The translations under genes were made by a program, and so were the position numbers. From Spirochaetia bacterium (GTDB lineage: Bacteria; Spirochaetota; Spirochaetia; CADAEX01): a stretch of 64,000 nucleotides of DNA. Of this stretch, positions 18,790 to 29,943 are shown in pieces. The stretch is taken from assembly GCA_963662795.1 (NCBI GenBank), contig OY759746.1:3264001-3328000 (forward strand). Direction: 5' to 3'. The notes under the pieces are model-generated. The model was given only the letters and a program-made list of their open reading frames with translations. It searched no databases and was not told where the DNA came from. Each line of letters begins with the position of its first letter. The stretch's first letter is position 1.

Positions 18790-21700
18790 ATGTACAAACC
18801 TGTTGATTCGAAAGTGAATTTCCCTCAAATGGAAGAAAAAATACTTAAATTCTGGCAAAATAACAGGATTTTTAAAAAATCAATAGAAATAAGGGAGGAA
18901 GCGGAAGAATATGTATTTTTTGACGGCCCTCCTTTTGCCACAGGCCTGCCTCATTTCGGCCATTTCGTACCCGGAACATTAAAAGATATTTTCCCCCGGT
19001 ATCAGACAATGAAAGGCAAAAAGGTAGACCGCCGTTTCGGCTGGGACTGCCACGGCCTTCCTGTTGAATATGAGATGGAGAAGGAACTCGGGATATCGGG
19101 AAAAAAAGAGATAGAAGATTTCGGAATTGCCAAATTCAATGAATCATGCCGCTCAATCGTACTACGTTATACAAAAGAATGGGAGACCATTGTAACCAGA
19201 ATGGGGCGGTGGGTAGATTTTGAAAATGACTATAAAACCATGAACCCTGATTATATGGAATCAATCTGGTGGGTTGTAAAACAGCTCTGGCAAAAAGGGC
19301 TGATGTATGAAGGCTACTACATACTTCCGTATTGCCCCAGATGCTCTACTGTACTTTCCAACCATGAACTCAATCTCGGCGGCTACAAGGAAGTGCACGA
19401 TCCGGCGATAACTGTTAAATTCAAACTGAAGGGAGAGGATAATTCCTACATTCTGGCATGGACTACAACTCCATGGACACTTCCTTCAAACCTGGCTCTT
19501 GCCGTTCATAATGATATTGACTATGTAAAAGTTTCAGACAGCGGAGAGCACTATATACTGGCAAAGGAAAGGCTCTCCTCTTACTATAAAAATGAAAGCG
19601 ACTATAAGATTGAATGGACAAAAAAAGGAAGCGAACTGGTAGGTACTTCCTATGAACCTCTTTTTCCGTATTTTTCTTCTGAAGAAGAGAACGGCGCATT
19701 CAGGGTTTTTTCGGCTGACTATGTTACAATAGAAGACGGCACAGGTGTTGTCCATACAGCTCCCGGATTCGGAGAGGATGACTATAAAACATTAAAAGAT
19801 ACAAAAATAACAACGATCTGTCCGATTGACGGTGAGTGCAAATTCACTTTTGAGGTTACAGATTATGAGGGCAGGTTTGTAAAAGACTGTGATAAGGATA
19901 TAATCGACAGACTTAAAAAAGAAGGCAAACTGGTGCTCCGTCAGCAGTATCTTCATAATTATCCGCACTGCTGGAGATGCTCTTCTCCCCTTATCTACAG
20001 GGCCATTTCCTCCTGGTTTGTCGATATCGGCAAAATCAAGGAAAAAATGCTTGATGCCAACAGTCAGATTTACTGGATGCCGCCTCATCTTAAAGACGGA
20101 AGATTCGGCAAGTGGCTTGAAAACGCCCGCGACTGGGCAATATCAAGAAACCGTTACTGGGGTAATCCTATCCCCATCTGGAAATGCGATACATGCAGTC
20201 AGATAGAATGCCATGGTTCAAAGAAAGAACTTGAAGATAAAAGCGGCGCAAAGCTTGATGATCTTCACAAACACATAATTGATGAGGTTACCTACAAATG
20301 CAGCTGCGGTGAGGGGACAATGAAAAGAATCCCTGAAGTACTTGATTGCTGGTTTGAATCAGGTGCCATGCCTTATGCGCAGGTACACTATCCGTTTGAA
20401 AACAAGGAACACTTTGAAAGCCATTTCCCGGCCGATTTTATCTGCGAAGGGCTAGATCAGACCCGTGGATGGTTTTACACGCTGACAATTCTTGCCGCGG
20501 CACTTTTTGATAAACCTTCATTCAAGAATGTTGTAGTAAACGGCCTTGTTCTTGCTGAAGACGGTAAAAAGATGTCAAAATCAGCTAGAAATTATACGGA
20601 CCCGGTAGAGGTAATTGATCAGTATGGAGCTGATGCCCTGCGGTTTTTCCTTACAAATTCCGCAGTGGTCAGGGCAGAGGATTTGAGATATTCGGATGAA
20701 AGTGTCAAGGAAGTTCTTAAAAGCCTTATAATTCCCCTCTGGAATGCATACAGCTTTTTTATCACTTATGCGAATATTGATAAAATAACAGTCAAGGATT
20801 CTCCTCTTGATCCTGATTCACTTGAAAATCCGCTCGATAAATGGATTATCTCGGAAATTGAGAAACTTGTTGAGGAAATAACAGCAGCTCTTGATCTCTA
20901 TGATATCCAGAAAGCCAATATGATGCTCCTTGGATTTGTTGATATCCTGAATAACTGGTACATAAGAAGGTCAAGGAGAAGGTTCTGGAAGTCGGAAAAC
21001 GATCTTGATAAAAAGCAGGCTTACCAGACTCTCTATACCGTCCTTATGAAGCTGATAAAAACAGCGTGCCCTGTTCTCCCTTTTATAACCGAAGAAATGT
21101 ATCAGAATCTTAAAGACTCTTCCATGCCCGAGTCTATTCACCTTTGTGATTATCCGACAGCTGACAGAAAAAAGAGGGATGACCAGCTGGAAAAGAAGAT
21201 GGAGATTACAAGGAAGGTTGTTTCCATGGGAAGGGCATTAAGAAGCACTTTTTCACTTAAAATACGCCAGCCCCTGAAATCTCTCTCAATTGTTACAAGG
21301 GAGCAGGATGAAAAAAATATTCTTAAGGAAATGTCTCCGATAATTTCTGAAGAGCTCAATGTCAAGGATGTTCTTATCCGTGAAAACGAGGATGAGCTTG
21401 TGGAATACCAGGCCAAAGCCAATTTCAGAACACTCGGCAAGATTCTGGGGAAAAATATGAAAACCGGTGCTGAAAAGATTGAATCCCTTAAAAGCAATGA
21501 GATAAAATCCCTTCTTGACGGCTCAATGCTCTCAATTGAAATTGACGGGGAGAGTTTTGATATTACAAGTGATAGTGTAATTGTCCAGAGAACAGAAAAA
21601 GAAGATCTTAAAGTACTGAATGAAGGGACAATCACTATAGGCCTTGATACAAAAATAACAGATGCCCTCCGTGAAGAAGGGATTGTCCGTGACATTGTAA

Positions 21701-21921
21701 GGAATATCCAGAGCCTGAGAAAAGAAAAAGGACTTGATGTTACAGACAGAATAAACCTCTGGCTTTCAACTGAAGAAGCAGTAAAAAATGCTGTAGGAAA
21801 TTATTCGGATTATCTGATAAATGAAACACTCACAAACCGGCTTGACTTTGTCAAAAAGGAAGGATCATCCGAATATGAGTGCGGTGATTACAAGTGTTTT
21901 ATAGAACTGGAAAAAGTTTGA
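18790..21921 (+). CDS. ileS: Isoleucine--tRNA ligase (type 2)
   Basis: DGPPFATGLPHFGH, GWDCHGLP, WTTTPWTLP, EGLDQTRGWF, KMSKS; 1043 aa without a C-terminal Zn finger. Confidence 0.98.
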   Translation: MYKPVDSKVNFPQMEEKILKFWQNNRIFKKSIEIREEAEEYVFFDGPPFATGLPHFGHFVPGTLKDIFPRYQTMKGKKVDRRFGWDCHGLPVEYEMEKELGISGKKEIEDFGIAKFNESCRSIVLRYTKEWETIVTRMGRWVDFENDYKTMNPDYMESIWWVVKQLWQKGLMYEGYYILPYCPRCSTVLSNHELNLGGYKEVHDPAITVKFKLKGEDNSYILAWTTTPWTLPSNLALAVHNDIDYVKVSDSGEHYILAKERLSSYYKNESDYKIEWTKKGSELVGTSYEPLFPYFSSEEENGAFRVFSADYVTIEDGTGVVHTAPGFGEDDYKTLKDTKITTICPIDGECKFTFEVTDYEGRFVKDCDKDIIDRLKKEGKLVLRQQYLHNYPHCWRCSSPLIYRAISSWFVDIGKIKEKMLDANSQIYWMPPHLKDGRFGKWLENARDWAISRNRYWGNPIPIWKCDTCSQIECHGSKKELEDKSGAKLDDLHKHIIDEVTYKCSCGEGTMKRIPEVLDCWFESGAMPYAQVHYPFENKEHFESHFPADFICEGLDQTRGWFYTLTILAAALFDKPSFKNVVVNGLVLAEDGKKMSKSARNYTDPVEVIDQYGADALRFFLTNSAVVRAEDLRYSDESVKEVLKSLIIPLWNAYSFFITYANIDKITVKDSPLDPDSLENPLDKWIISEIEKLVEEITAALDLYDIQKANMMLLGFVDILNNWYIRRSRRRFWKSENDLDKKQAYQTLYTVLMKLIKTACPVLPFITEEMYQNLKDSSMPESIHLCDYPTADRKKRDDQLEKKMEITRKVVSMGRALRSTFSLKIRQPLKSLSIVTREQDEKNILKEMSPIISEELNVKDVLIRENEDELVEYQAKANFRTLGKILGKNMKTGAEKIESLKSNEIKSLLDGSMLSIEIDGESFDITSDSVIVQRTEKEDLKVLNEGTITIGLDTKITDALREEGIVRDIVRNIQSLRKEKGLDVTDRINLWLSTEEAVKNAVGNYSDYLINETLTNRLDFVKKEGSSEYECGDYKCFIELEKV

Positions 21922-22826
21922 GAGAAAATCTGAAAATATGTTTTTCAGCAGTTTGTTCATTTCTGGTCTTTTTAATGATTATTACCGGCTGTGCAACAGG
22001 CAGCCGGATTTACAGGGAAAGTATAAGCCCTGGAAATATAATCCCTGAAGATGCTTTTCTTTATATCCGTTCTGAGCAGTCATTTTTCAATAACCCTGCC
22101 TTAAATACGGAAATTGAAAGACTTACTCAGGATTATGGTATACCTGATTTTTTCAGGGAAAAAACAGGGACAATATCCGTAGCCTTTCTTGGTGATGGAT
22201 GGGAGTATATTACAGCAGAGGGAAACTACCCGGATTCTTTTATCAAAAAGAGACTTGATCAAAGCAGCGACTGGAAAAGATCTGAATACAGAAAAGTAAA
22301 ATATTTTTACGCTCCTGATTCAGGAATAATTCTTATTCCCTATAAAAACAACTGCCTGATTGCCTCGAGGATATCCCCGGCCGGAACAGCAGGTACAGCG
22401 GCGTTTCGCGCTGAAAAGATTATAGATATTCTGAAATCGGACAGGAATTCGGTCTATACTCCTTCCGGCAATTCTGCTCTTCATCTGAGAGCTGAGAAAA
22501 GGGGAAACAGCCTGAGTGCTTTTTCCCCTGCCGGTTTTAATACTGAGAATATTGAACTGATAGATCTTGATTTCATCATTGATCCATTAATAGCCGGTAA
22601 ATCAGATATAAAAGGGACATTTACAATAGCGGATGAAAAAAAAGCCCTTGTTTTTTCTTCCATGTTCAGGCTTTTTCTGACAAACTATTACAGAAAAGAG
22701 GGGATTGCCGATTTAAAGACAATGATGGAGAAAAACAGCATAAACAATGATGGCCGGAAAGTTTTAATATCAATTACAGATTTTCCTCTGGAAAAACTCG
22801 GCAGTCTTATCCATTACGGAAACTAG
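21918..22826 (+). CDS. Hypothetical lipoprotein
   Basis: Hydrophobic N-terminus ending IITGC; start uncertain (TTG overlapping the ileS stop). Confidence 0.6.
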   Translation: MRENLKICFSAVCSFLVFLMIITGCATGSRIYRESISPGNIIPEDAFLYIRSEQSFFNNPALNTEIERLTQDYGIPDFFREKTGTISVAFLGDGWEYITAEGNYPDSFIKKRLDQSSDWKRSEYRKVKYFYAPDSGIILIPYKNNCLIASRISPAGTAGTAAFRAEKIIDILKSDRNSVYTPSGNSALHLRAEKRGNSLSAFSPAGFNTENIELIDLDFIIDPLIAGKSDIKGTFTIADEKKALVFSSMFRLFLTNYYRKEGIADLKTMMEKNSINNDGRKVLISITDFPLEKLGSLIHYGN

Positions 22827-22861
22827 ACAATAAAAAAATTTATTCAAAAAGGTGATTAATA

Positions 22862-23494
22862 TTGATTACGGGAGTTGTTGATTATAAAGCGGGGAATCTC
22901 AAAAGCATAGAAACTGCGCTGAGGCATCTTGGAGCGGATTTTATTATCTCTGATATTCCTGAAAAACTTGAAAACTGCGACAGGCTTATTTTCCCTGGAG
23001 TGGGAGAAGCTAGTTCTGCAATGAAAAATCTGAAAGAAAGCTGTCTCGATGAGCTGATAACCGGTTTCGCGGAAAAGGGCAATCCTCTTCTTGGAATATG
23101 CCTGGGCTGTCAGATTATTCTAAGTTACTCTGAAGAGGGAAATACAAGCTGTCTGGGACTTGTTGACGGCAATGTAAAGCTTTTCAGCGGCCGCGCCGGA
23201 CTACTCCCCGGGGATCTGAAAGCCGAATTACTCAAAGTGCCCCAGATAGGCTGGAACACCCTTGGATTCACAAAAAAGCATTATCTTTTTAAGGGTATTC
23301 CTGATAATTCATCATTCTATTTTGTCCATTCCTATTATCCTGATGTAAAAGATGAATTCAAAATCGGCGAGACTGAATACGGAATCCCGTTTTCTTCTGC
23401 CGTATCACGGGAAAATGTCTGTGCTGTCCAGTTTCATCCTGAAAAATCAGGAAAATACGGACTCATGATGATGGATAACTTTTTAAAGGGGTGA
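22862..23494 (+). CDS. hisH: Imidazole glycerol phosphate synthase, glutaminase subunit
   Basis: PGVG, GICLG, VPQIGWN, YFVHSY, QFHPEKS. Confidence 0.95.
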   Translation: MITGVVDYKAGNLKSIETALRHLGADFIISDIPEKLENCDRLIFPGVGEASSAMKNLKESCLDELITGFAEKGNPLLGICLGCQIILSYSEEGNTSCLGLVDGNVKLFSGRAGLLPGDLKAELLKVPQIGWNTLGFTKKHYLFKGIPDNSSFYFVHSYYPDVKDEFKIGETEYGIPFSSAVSRENVCAVQFHPEKSGKYGLMMMDNFLKG

Positions 23495-23498
23495 TGTT

Positions 23499-24269
23499 TT
23501 GCTTTTAAAACGGATAGTAGTCTGTCTTGATGTAAGGGACGGAAAAACAACGAAAGGTATTAAATTCAAGGGCAATGTGGATATCGGCGATCCGGTTGAA
23601 ATGGCTGAAAAGTACTACAACGAAGGTGTTGATGAGCTTGTATTTTATGATATAACTGCCTCTTCTGAAAAGAGGGGGATAATGATCGATGTTGTTGAAA
23701 AAGTCGCGGAAAAAATATTTATCCCTTTTTCAGTCGGCGGCGGAATATCAAATGTCAGTGATATGAGGCGTGTAATACTGGCAGGAGCCGAGAAGATAAG
23801 CGTAAACAGCCAGGCCGTCAATAATCCTGCGATAATAGAGGAGGGGGCATCCCTTTTCGGAAAACAGTGCATAGTGCTCGGTATGGATGCGCTTGCAGAC
23901 CCTGATATGCCTTCCGGCTACAGGATTGTTATAAACGGAGGTAGGACCCCGACATCACTTGATGCTTTAAAGTGGGCTAAAGAAGCGGAAAAGCTCGGCG
24001 CCGGTGAAATAGTACTTAATTCAATCGATGCTGACGGGACAAAAAACGGCTATGAGATTAACCTTACTTCAATGATATCAGGCAGTGTCGGAATACCTGT
24101 TGTCGCTTCAGGCGGCGCCGGGACACCGGAACACCTTAGAAATGTATTTACAGCGGGGAAAGCTGATGCAGCACTTATTGCATCGATGGTTCACTATGGC
24201 CACTATACAATAAGTGAAATCAAACAGTATCTAAAAAAATCCGGAGTAGCGGTCAGACTTGACTGGTAA
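23499..24269 (+). CDS. hisF: Imidazole glycerol phosphate synthase, cyclase subunit
   Basis: [41 protein letters not shown]. Confidence 0.95.
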   Translation: MLLKRIVVCLDVRDGKTTKGIKFKGNVDIGDPVEMAEKYYNEGVDELVFYDITASSEKRGIMIDVVEKVAEKIFIPFSVGGGISNVSDMRRVILAGAEKISVNSQAVNNPAIIEEGASLFGKQCIVLGMDALADPDMPSGYRIVINGGRTPTSLDALKWAKEAEKLGAGEIVLNSIDADGTKNGYEINLTSMISGSVGIPVVASGGAGTPEHLRNVFTAGKADAALIASMVHYGHYTISEIKQYLKKSGVAVRLDW

Positions 24270-24318
24270 AATGATCTATTGGTATATTACTAACAAAATT
24301 CAGAGGAAGTGAAATAAA

Positions 24319-24609
24319 ATGCCTACTTATGATTATGAATGCAAATCATGCGGAAAAATCTTTGAAGTATTTCAGAAGATGAGTGACGACCCGCTTGAAG
24401 TATGTCCTGAATGCGGTAAAAAGGTTAAACGTCTTGTAGGCGGTGGACTTGGAATTATATTTAAAGGAAACGGTTTTTATGTTACAGATAACAAAAAAAG
24501 CAGTTCCGCCTCATCTTCTTCATCTGTCTCTTCATCTTCAGGGACAGAATCAAAAAAAGAATCTGTAGCAGCGGCCCCTTCTGTCGAGGCCGGTTCAAAA
24601 AAAGAGTGA
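24319..24609 (+). CDS. FmdB-family zinc-ribbon protein
   Basis: MPTYDYECKSCG...CPECG...FKGNGFYVTD, Ser-rich tail. Confidence 0.9.
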   Translation: MPTYDYECKSCGKIFEVFQKMSDDPLEVCPECGKKVKRLVGGGLGIIFKGNGFYVTDNKKSSSASSSSSVSSSSGTESKKESVAAAPSVEAGSKKE

Positions 24610-24621
24610 TATCAGGTTTTA

Positions 24622-25800
24622 TTACCTGATATTTATGCTTTCAATTCCTTCAACTGCCTTTTTTATATTCCCATCAAGCCCTGGAATTTCCCAGGACTTC
24701 TGTATCTTGCTGAAAAATGGTTTTACCAGAGGGCGGGCAGGGGCGAATACTGAACAGCAGTCCATATAGGGCAATATTGAAATATCATAGGTCCCTATCT
24801 CTCTTGCCTTTATTATTATCTCCTCCTTATCAAGCCCTATGAGGGGACGGAGGATCGGATAATCTGTTTTTGAACCTGTAAAGCGGAGACTTTCGGCTGT
24901 CTGGCTTGCCACCTGGCTTAAGGATTCTCCTGTTATTATACTGTTTGCCCTTATTTTTTCTGCCTGAAAGTGTGCTATATTCATCATCGCAGCCCTTGAG
25001 AGAAGCGTTATTTCATCAGGCATGCAGTTTTGCTGAATAAAAATCTGTGTTTCGGTGAAAGGGACAATATGAAGCACAAGAGAAGGCAGGTATTCAGATA
25101 ATTTTTCCGCTATACTGATAACTTTTTCTTTTGACTGCTCTGAAGTATAGGGGTAAGTGTCAAAATGAATTGCTTCAATTGTACATCCTCTTTTTGCCAT
25201 CATGAAACCGGCGACGGGAGAGTCTATGCCTCCTGAAAGCAGGAGGAGCCCTTTCCCGGCCGCCCCGACCGGTAATCCTCCCTGACCTTTAAATACTCGT
25301 GAATAGATAATCGCTTTTTCCCTTATTTCAACATTTATAATAAAATCAGGATTATTTACATCAACTTTAAGTGCGGGGAATTTATCAAGAACAAGTTTTC
25401 CGAGTATACAGGAAAGCTCATAGGAATCGGGTTTAAAACTTTTATCCGCCCTTTTTGCGTTTATTTTGAAACTTGAGCTGTCCCCTGAGTCAGAGCATGC
25501 GTCGGCAGCAGTCTCCAGAACAGTTTCTTCTATTTCATTCATATTTTTGTTTGTTTTCCGTGCTATTGAATAACCAACAACTCCAAAAACAGAAAGAAGC
25601 GTTTTTTCAATTCTTCTCTTTGTCTCGTCTGTTTCTTCATCAAGCTGTTCAAGATAAAACCTTCCTGAATTGCCTTTTATCCTTACCCTTAACCCGTCAA
25701 GCTGAACTCTGATATTATTAAAAAGCTTTTTTTCAAAAAGTCTTTTGTTGTCGCCTTTAAGATTTATTTCACCTGTCTTTATGAGGTAGCTGGTTTTCAA
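24622..25800 (-). CDS. thiI: tRNA 4-thiouridine synthase (short form, no rhodanese domain)
   Basis: GEINLKG, THUMP, LLSGGIDSPVA, GESLSQVASQT, RPLIG, DCC. Confidence 0.95.
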   Translation of the reverse strand: MKTSYLIKTGEINLKGDNKRLFEKKLFNNIRVQLDGLRVRIKGNSGRFYLEQLDEETDETKRRIEKTLLSVFGVVGYSIARKTNKNMNEIEETVLETAADACSDSGDSSSFKINAKRADKSFKPDSYELSCILGKLVLDKFPALKVDVNNPDFIINVEIREKAIIYSRVFKGQGGLPVGAAGKGLLLLSGGIDSPVAGFMMAKRGCTIEAIHFDTYPYTSEQSKEKVISIAEKLSEYLPSLVLHIVPFTETQIFIQQNCMPDEITLLSRAAMMNIAHFQAEKIRANSIITGESLSQVASQTAESLRFTGSKTDYPILRPLIGLDKEEIIIKAREIGTYDISILPYMDCCSVFAPARPLVKPFFSKIQKSWEIPGLDGNIKKAVEGIESINIR

Positions 25801-25861
25801 GATAATACTCCGGATTAGAAATTTTCAATTATCAGCTGTTTATCAGCTGACTTTATACAAA

Positions 25862-27025
25862 TCAGCTGTAAACAGTCAAAAGTTTTACAGATTCTTCCTT
25901 AAGCACCTTACAGAACCCGTCAATATCCTCTTCAGATGTTCCGGGACCTATTGAGACTCTCACTGCTGAAGAGGCTTCTGTTTTAGCAATGTGCATTGAT
26001 TTTAAAGTTCTTGACTCACTTTTTTTAAGTGAAGAACAGGCAGCTCCTGCTGATATAAAATAACCTCTGCCGCTTAAAACTCTTGTCATGACTTCAGACG
26101 GAACTTTGTTTATACAGAAACTTGTTATATAGGGAGAGAACCTGCTGTCCAGCGGTTTTCTTTCATGCGGCAATAATCTGCATCCTTTTATTTGCGCCAG
26201 GCCGTCAAGCAGACGTGAGCAGAGAAAACCGGCCTTTTTCATATTTTCATCAATTCCTGCTGCGTAATTTTCAAGCGCAAGGGAAAAACCGTATATAGCA
26301 GGCGTATTTTCTGTACCAGGTCTTATCCCTGATTCCTGCCCGCCTCCTGCATAAAGGGGAAGAATTTTTTTTCTGCAGTAAATAAGACCGCATCCTCTCG
26401 GGCCTGATATTTTGTGCGCACTTGCACTGTAAAGATCAATACAGGATTTTTCAAGATCTATTTTTATTTTACCTGCTGCCTGGACTCCGTCGCAGTGATA
26501 GATAATCCTTTTTCCTGTTTTTGCAGAAAACTGTTTTATTATTCTGCCTATTTCCTCAACCGGCTGAATTGCTCCTGTTTCGTTATTTACATGCATAACT
26601 GATACCATCATTGTCTCTTCAGTCAGCTGGCAAATAATTTTTTCAGGATCAATTATTCCGTTTTTATCCGGATCAATCCTGATTATTTTAAAACCCAGTG
26701 CTTCTGCAGTTTTTAAAGGTTCAAATACAGAAGGGTGCTCCATATTTGTCGATATAATGCTGCCTTTTATTTTTTTTGTGATAAGCGAAAACAACGCAAT
26801 GTTATTGGATTCAGTACCGCCTGAAGTGAAAAAAATATTTTCACTCCTTACTCCCATAGCCCGGGCTGCTCTTTTCCTTGATTCATCCAGCAGCTTCCGT
26901 GCGGAAATCCCCGCGGTGTGCAATGAGGAAGGGTTTCCGAATATTTCAATGGTTTTTTCATAAATCATTCTGCTGACTTCACGGTCAGGAATTGATGTGG
27001 CTGCCCAGTCAAGATAAATACCCAT
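25862..27025 (-). CDS. Cysteine desulfurase (IscS/NifZ-like)
   Basis: IYLDWAAT, GNPSSLH, SGGTESNN, SAHK, AGAACSS. Confidence 0.93.
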   Translation of the reverse strand: MGIYLDWAATSIPDREVSRMIYEKTIEIFGNPSSLHTAGISARKLLDESRKRAARAMGVRSENIFFTSGGTESNNIALFSLITKKIKGSIISTNMEHPSVFEPLKTAEALGFKIIRIDPDKNGIIDPEKIICQLTEETMMVSVMHVNNETGAIQPVEEIGRIIKQFSAKTGKRIIYHCDGVQAAGKIKIDLEKSCIDLYSASAHKISGPRGCGLIYCRKKILPLYAGGGQESGIRPGTENTPAIYGFSLALENYAAGIDENMKKAGFLCSRLLDGLAQIKGCRLLPHERKPLDSRFSPYITSFCINKVPSEVMTRVLSGRGYFISAGAACSSLKKSESRTLKSMHIAKTEASSAVRVSIGPGTSEEDIDGFCKVLKEESVKLLTVYS

Positions 27026-27109
27026 TTCTGAATTATAGATTAATATAAAATATCTTCAATACTGTAAACAATATTGATTAAATCTTTAGGATTATATATT
27101 ATCCTATAT

Positions 27110-27415
27110 ATGAAAATTATTGAAATTTGCAGTGATGAAGTTCTTGGAAACTATGCCAAACGGCTAAAAGTTTGCGGCCATCCCATAAGACTTAAAATAC
27201 TTTGTGTTATAAAGAACGGGACAGCCTGTGTAAAGGAATTGTGGGAATGTCTTGAACAGCCTCAACCTGTTGTTTCACAGCATCTCGCCGTATTGAAAAA
27301 CAGCGGAATAGTGAGCTCGGAAGTAAGCGGAAACAAAAGGATCTATACAATAATTGACCCCTTTGTCAACGAAATGATTTCACTCATGAAAACATATTCA
27401 CCTGAGAAAGATTGA
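27110..27415 (+). CDS. ArsR/SmtB-family regulator
   Basis: GHPIRLKIL, CVKEL, QPVVSQHLAVLK; ATG 27110. Confidence 0.9.
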   Translation: MKIIEICSDEVLGNYAKRLKVCGHPIRLKILCVIKNGTACVKELWECLEQPQPVVSQHLAVLKNSGIVSSEVSGNKRIYTIIDPFVNEMISLMKTYSPEKD

Positions 27416-27450
27416 ATAATCTGTACATATAAAAATGTACAAAAATTGTG

Positions 27451-29943
27451 CTATTCATCAACAGAATTCTGGTCTTCGAGAATATCTGTTAATTTCCTGT
27501 ATATATTATTAATTTTATCAATTTTAAACATATCTCTGTTCTCTGGTATTTCATCCATGAACACAACCAGGCTTTCAAGACTTGCAGAAAGGGCAAAGTC
27601 AAAACTTTTTACAATTTTGAACCAGTAATTGCCTCTGCCGTCTGTATTAAGTGAAATAAAGCCGAGTTGTCTTGATTTATTTTTAAGCCGTGAAAGCGAA
27701 AGAACAAGATGAAGATTTTCAGTTATTTTATCAGCGCCGGTTGAAATATTAATATTCCCGCGGGGAGCGCTCTTGCTTCCTGCTATTGTATCCGGATCAA
27801 TATGGGGGATAATTCTGAAAATATTGGTTAATTTTTCGCCGGAAAGTATCTCGAAATCATTATATATCAGCGTCCCTGTAATGCCGTGAGGAATATAAAG
27901 ATTTTTGAGACCTTGATTTTTGATAAGCTCCTGTGCTTTGCTCAATTCTAAAAATGCATTTTTTTTCTTTTTACCTTTTATTAAATCAAGCCTGAAAGAT
28001 TCATTTCCGATTTTTACATAGTTTGTCGTATCTTTCTTTTTATCACGCAGAATATCGCTTTTTTTAACTGCAGCAAAGTTCTCATGCAGCTCAGGTGATA
28101 TTTCTCTCAGCCACTCCTTTCTCAGAGGTGAAACTGAATGGGCAAACATCTTGCTGGTTCTGACAATCTCGCCTGCAACTATAAAAGGAGGATCTTCCCT
28201 GAACATTACAGAACCGGGGTGGATCTGAATTTTTTCTGCAGTAAGGCTTCTGTAGATACCTCTTCCTGATCTTACGCATACAAACTGAACAAGCCCTTTG
28301 GAAACAGCGATAAGATAATCTGATATCCGTCCGCCTGAGGTAATCGGAACTCCCATATCTCCTACTATCTCTTCGAGCTGTTTTTTGATATTGACCAGCT
28401 CTTCCATGATAATAACGTCAAGGTAATTTCTTTTGCAGAAAGATTCCCTGTCCTGAGCCTGAACGAAACCCCTGTATATTTTAATATATGAAACAAAATC
28501 TCCGTCAGGATCCTTTAAAGCCTGATGAGCTTTTCTTGCCTCGAATTCCTCGCCCTGCGGAAAGAGAAATGGAGAGTTCGTTGAGAGAAAAGTAGCGGCA
28601 AGGATTGTCTCTTCCAGTACCTCAGGGGAATTAAGTATTGCCTCGACAATTATTCTTGACAGGCGCGGAAGGAGGGGGAAGTAGACCATCATCTCGCCGA
28701 TTTTAGTGAGAGAATTGTCATTGTTAATGGCCCCAAGCAGTTTTAGTGTTTCAACTGCTCCTGCAATTCCCTGTTTTCCCGGCGATGAAATAAAATCGAA
28801 TGACTCAAAATCCCTGATGCCGATTTCCGCCATTCTGAGGACTACCTCGGACAGGTCGGTCCTGTATATTTCCTCTTTTGTAAAAAGAGGTCTGCTTTCA
28901 TAATCATTTTTTGTATAAAGCCTGTAGCAGACTCCGGGCATTGTTCTTCCTGCCCTCCCTTTTCTCTGGTTGCATGAGGCTTTTGCAATTGTTGTTTCAA
29001 GCAGGGCGGATGTAAAAGTTTTGGGATTATAGGTGTTTATCTTGGCAAGGCCTGAATCAATTACTGATGTTATTCTGTCTATTGTAACGCTTGTTTCGGC
29101 AATGTTGGTCGCAATAACAATCTTTGTCTTCCCCGCCGGTGTGGGAATGAAAACCCTTTCCTGCTCTTCCTTTGAAAGCCGGCCGTAAAGGGGAAGTATT
29201 ACCATCTTCTTTCTGTACTGCGAAGCGTTTAACAGGGTTATGCAGTCCTTTATCTGTTTTTCTCCTGATAAAAATACAAGAGAATCACCGTCCCGTTTTT
29301 CAGAAATTATTCTTTCTATCGTATTTTTTATTTTATATATTACAGCATCCCTGTCGTTTGTATTGCCTACAGGATCATAAACTATCCCTACCGGATAGAT
29401 AATTGAATCTATATGTACGACAGGGCAATGGCCGAAATACTCGGAAAATACTGATGTGTTGATTGTCGCAGATGATATTATCACCTTGAAATCCGGTCTT
29501 GCCTCAATTATCTTTTTCAGGAGTCCCATAATAAAATCTATGTTAAGACTTCTCTCGTGAGCTTCATCAACTATAATGCAGCTGTATTTACTTAAAAGCA
29601 GATCAGTTTTTATTTCCTGGAGAAGTATGCCGTCTGTCATTATTTTTATTACTGTCTCGCGCGATGTCATATCGTTAAACCGCATTTTATAACCGACAAT
29701 TCCAGGTATCTTTGTATCAAGCTGCCTGGCAATATAATCGCATACTGATAAGGTTGCAATCCTTCTCGGCTGTGTAACTCCGATAATACCTTTACCGGAA
29801 TAACCTGCTTCATGAAGGATTAAAGGCAGCTGTGTTGTCTTTCCGGATCCTGTCGGGCTTTCTATTACTATTACCTGGTTTTCGCTTAAGACCTCTAATA
29901 TTCTCTCTCTTTCCTGATAAACCGGCAGTTTATGTGCTTCCAT
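27451..29943 (-). CDS. hrpA: DEAH-box RNA helicase HrpA
   Basis: PTGSGKTTQ, TQPRR, DEAHER, SAT, TNIAETSVT, QRKGRAGR. Confidence 0.92.
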   Translation of the reverse strand: MEAHKLPVYQERERILEVLSENQVIVIESPTGSGKTTQLPLILHEAGYSGKGIIGVTQPRRIATLSVCDYIARQLDTKIPGIVGYKMRFNDMTSRETVIKIMTDGILLQEIKTDLLLSKYSCIIVDEAHERSLNIDFIMGLLKKIIEARPDFKVIISSATINTSVFSEYFGHCPVVHIDSIIYPVGIVYDPVGNTNDRDAVIYKIKNTIERIISEKRDGDSLVFLSGEKQIKDCITLLNASQYRKKMVILPLYGRLSKEEQERVFIPTPAGKTKIVIATNIAETSVTIDRITSVIDSGLAKINTYNPKTFTSALLETTIAKASCNQRKGRAGRTMPGVCYRLYTKNDYESRPLFTKEEIYRTDLSEVVLRMAEIGIRDFESFDFISSPGKQGIAGAVETLKLLGAINNDNSLTKIGEMMVYFPLLPRLSRIIVEAILNSPEVLEETILAATFLSTNSPFLFPQGEEFEARKAHQALKDPDGDFVSYIKIYRGFVQAQDRESFCKRNYLDVIIMEELVNIKKQLEEIVGDMGVPITSGGRISDYLIAVSKGLVQFVCVRSGRGIYRSLTAEKIQIHPGSVMFREDPPFIVAGEIVRTSKMFAHSVSPLRKEWLREISPELHENFAAVKKSDILRDKKKDTTNYVKIGNESFRLDLIKGKKKKNAFLELSKAQELIKNQGLKNLYIPHGITGTLIYNDFEILSGEKLTNIFRIIPHIDPDTIAGSKSAPRGNINISTGADKITENLHLVLSLSRLKNKSRQLGFISLNTDGRGNYWFKIVKSFDFALSASLESLVVFMDEIPENRDMFKIDKINNIYRKLTDILEDQNSVDE

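Noticed and set aside
18790-21921. Type 2 IleRS as acquired mupirocin resistance
   Set aside because: Core-like context and composition with an ordinary HxGH motif; type 2 is expected in this kind of lineage
22862-24269. Isolated hisH-hisF as an LPS-modification pair
   Set aside because: No N-acetyl-sugar amidotransferase or glycosylation genes nearby; motifs look canonical, so scattered his genes are simpler
24499-24545. TCT/TCA-rich repeat
   Set aside because: Encodes the Ser-rich tail typical of FmdB-family proteins
25828-25870. ATCAGCTG repeated three times with a small palindrome between the desulfurase and thiI
   Set aside because: Short, and one copy is the gene's own stop region; no support for a function
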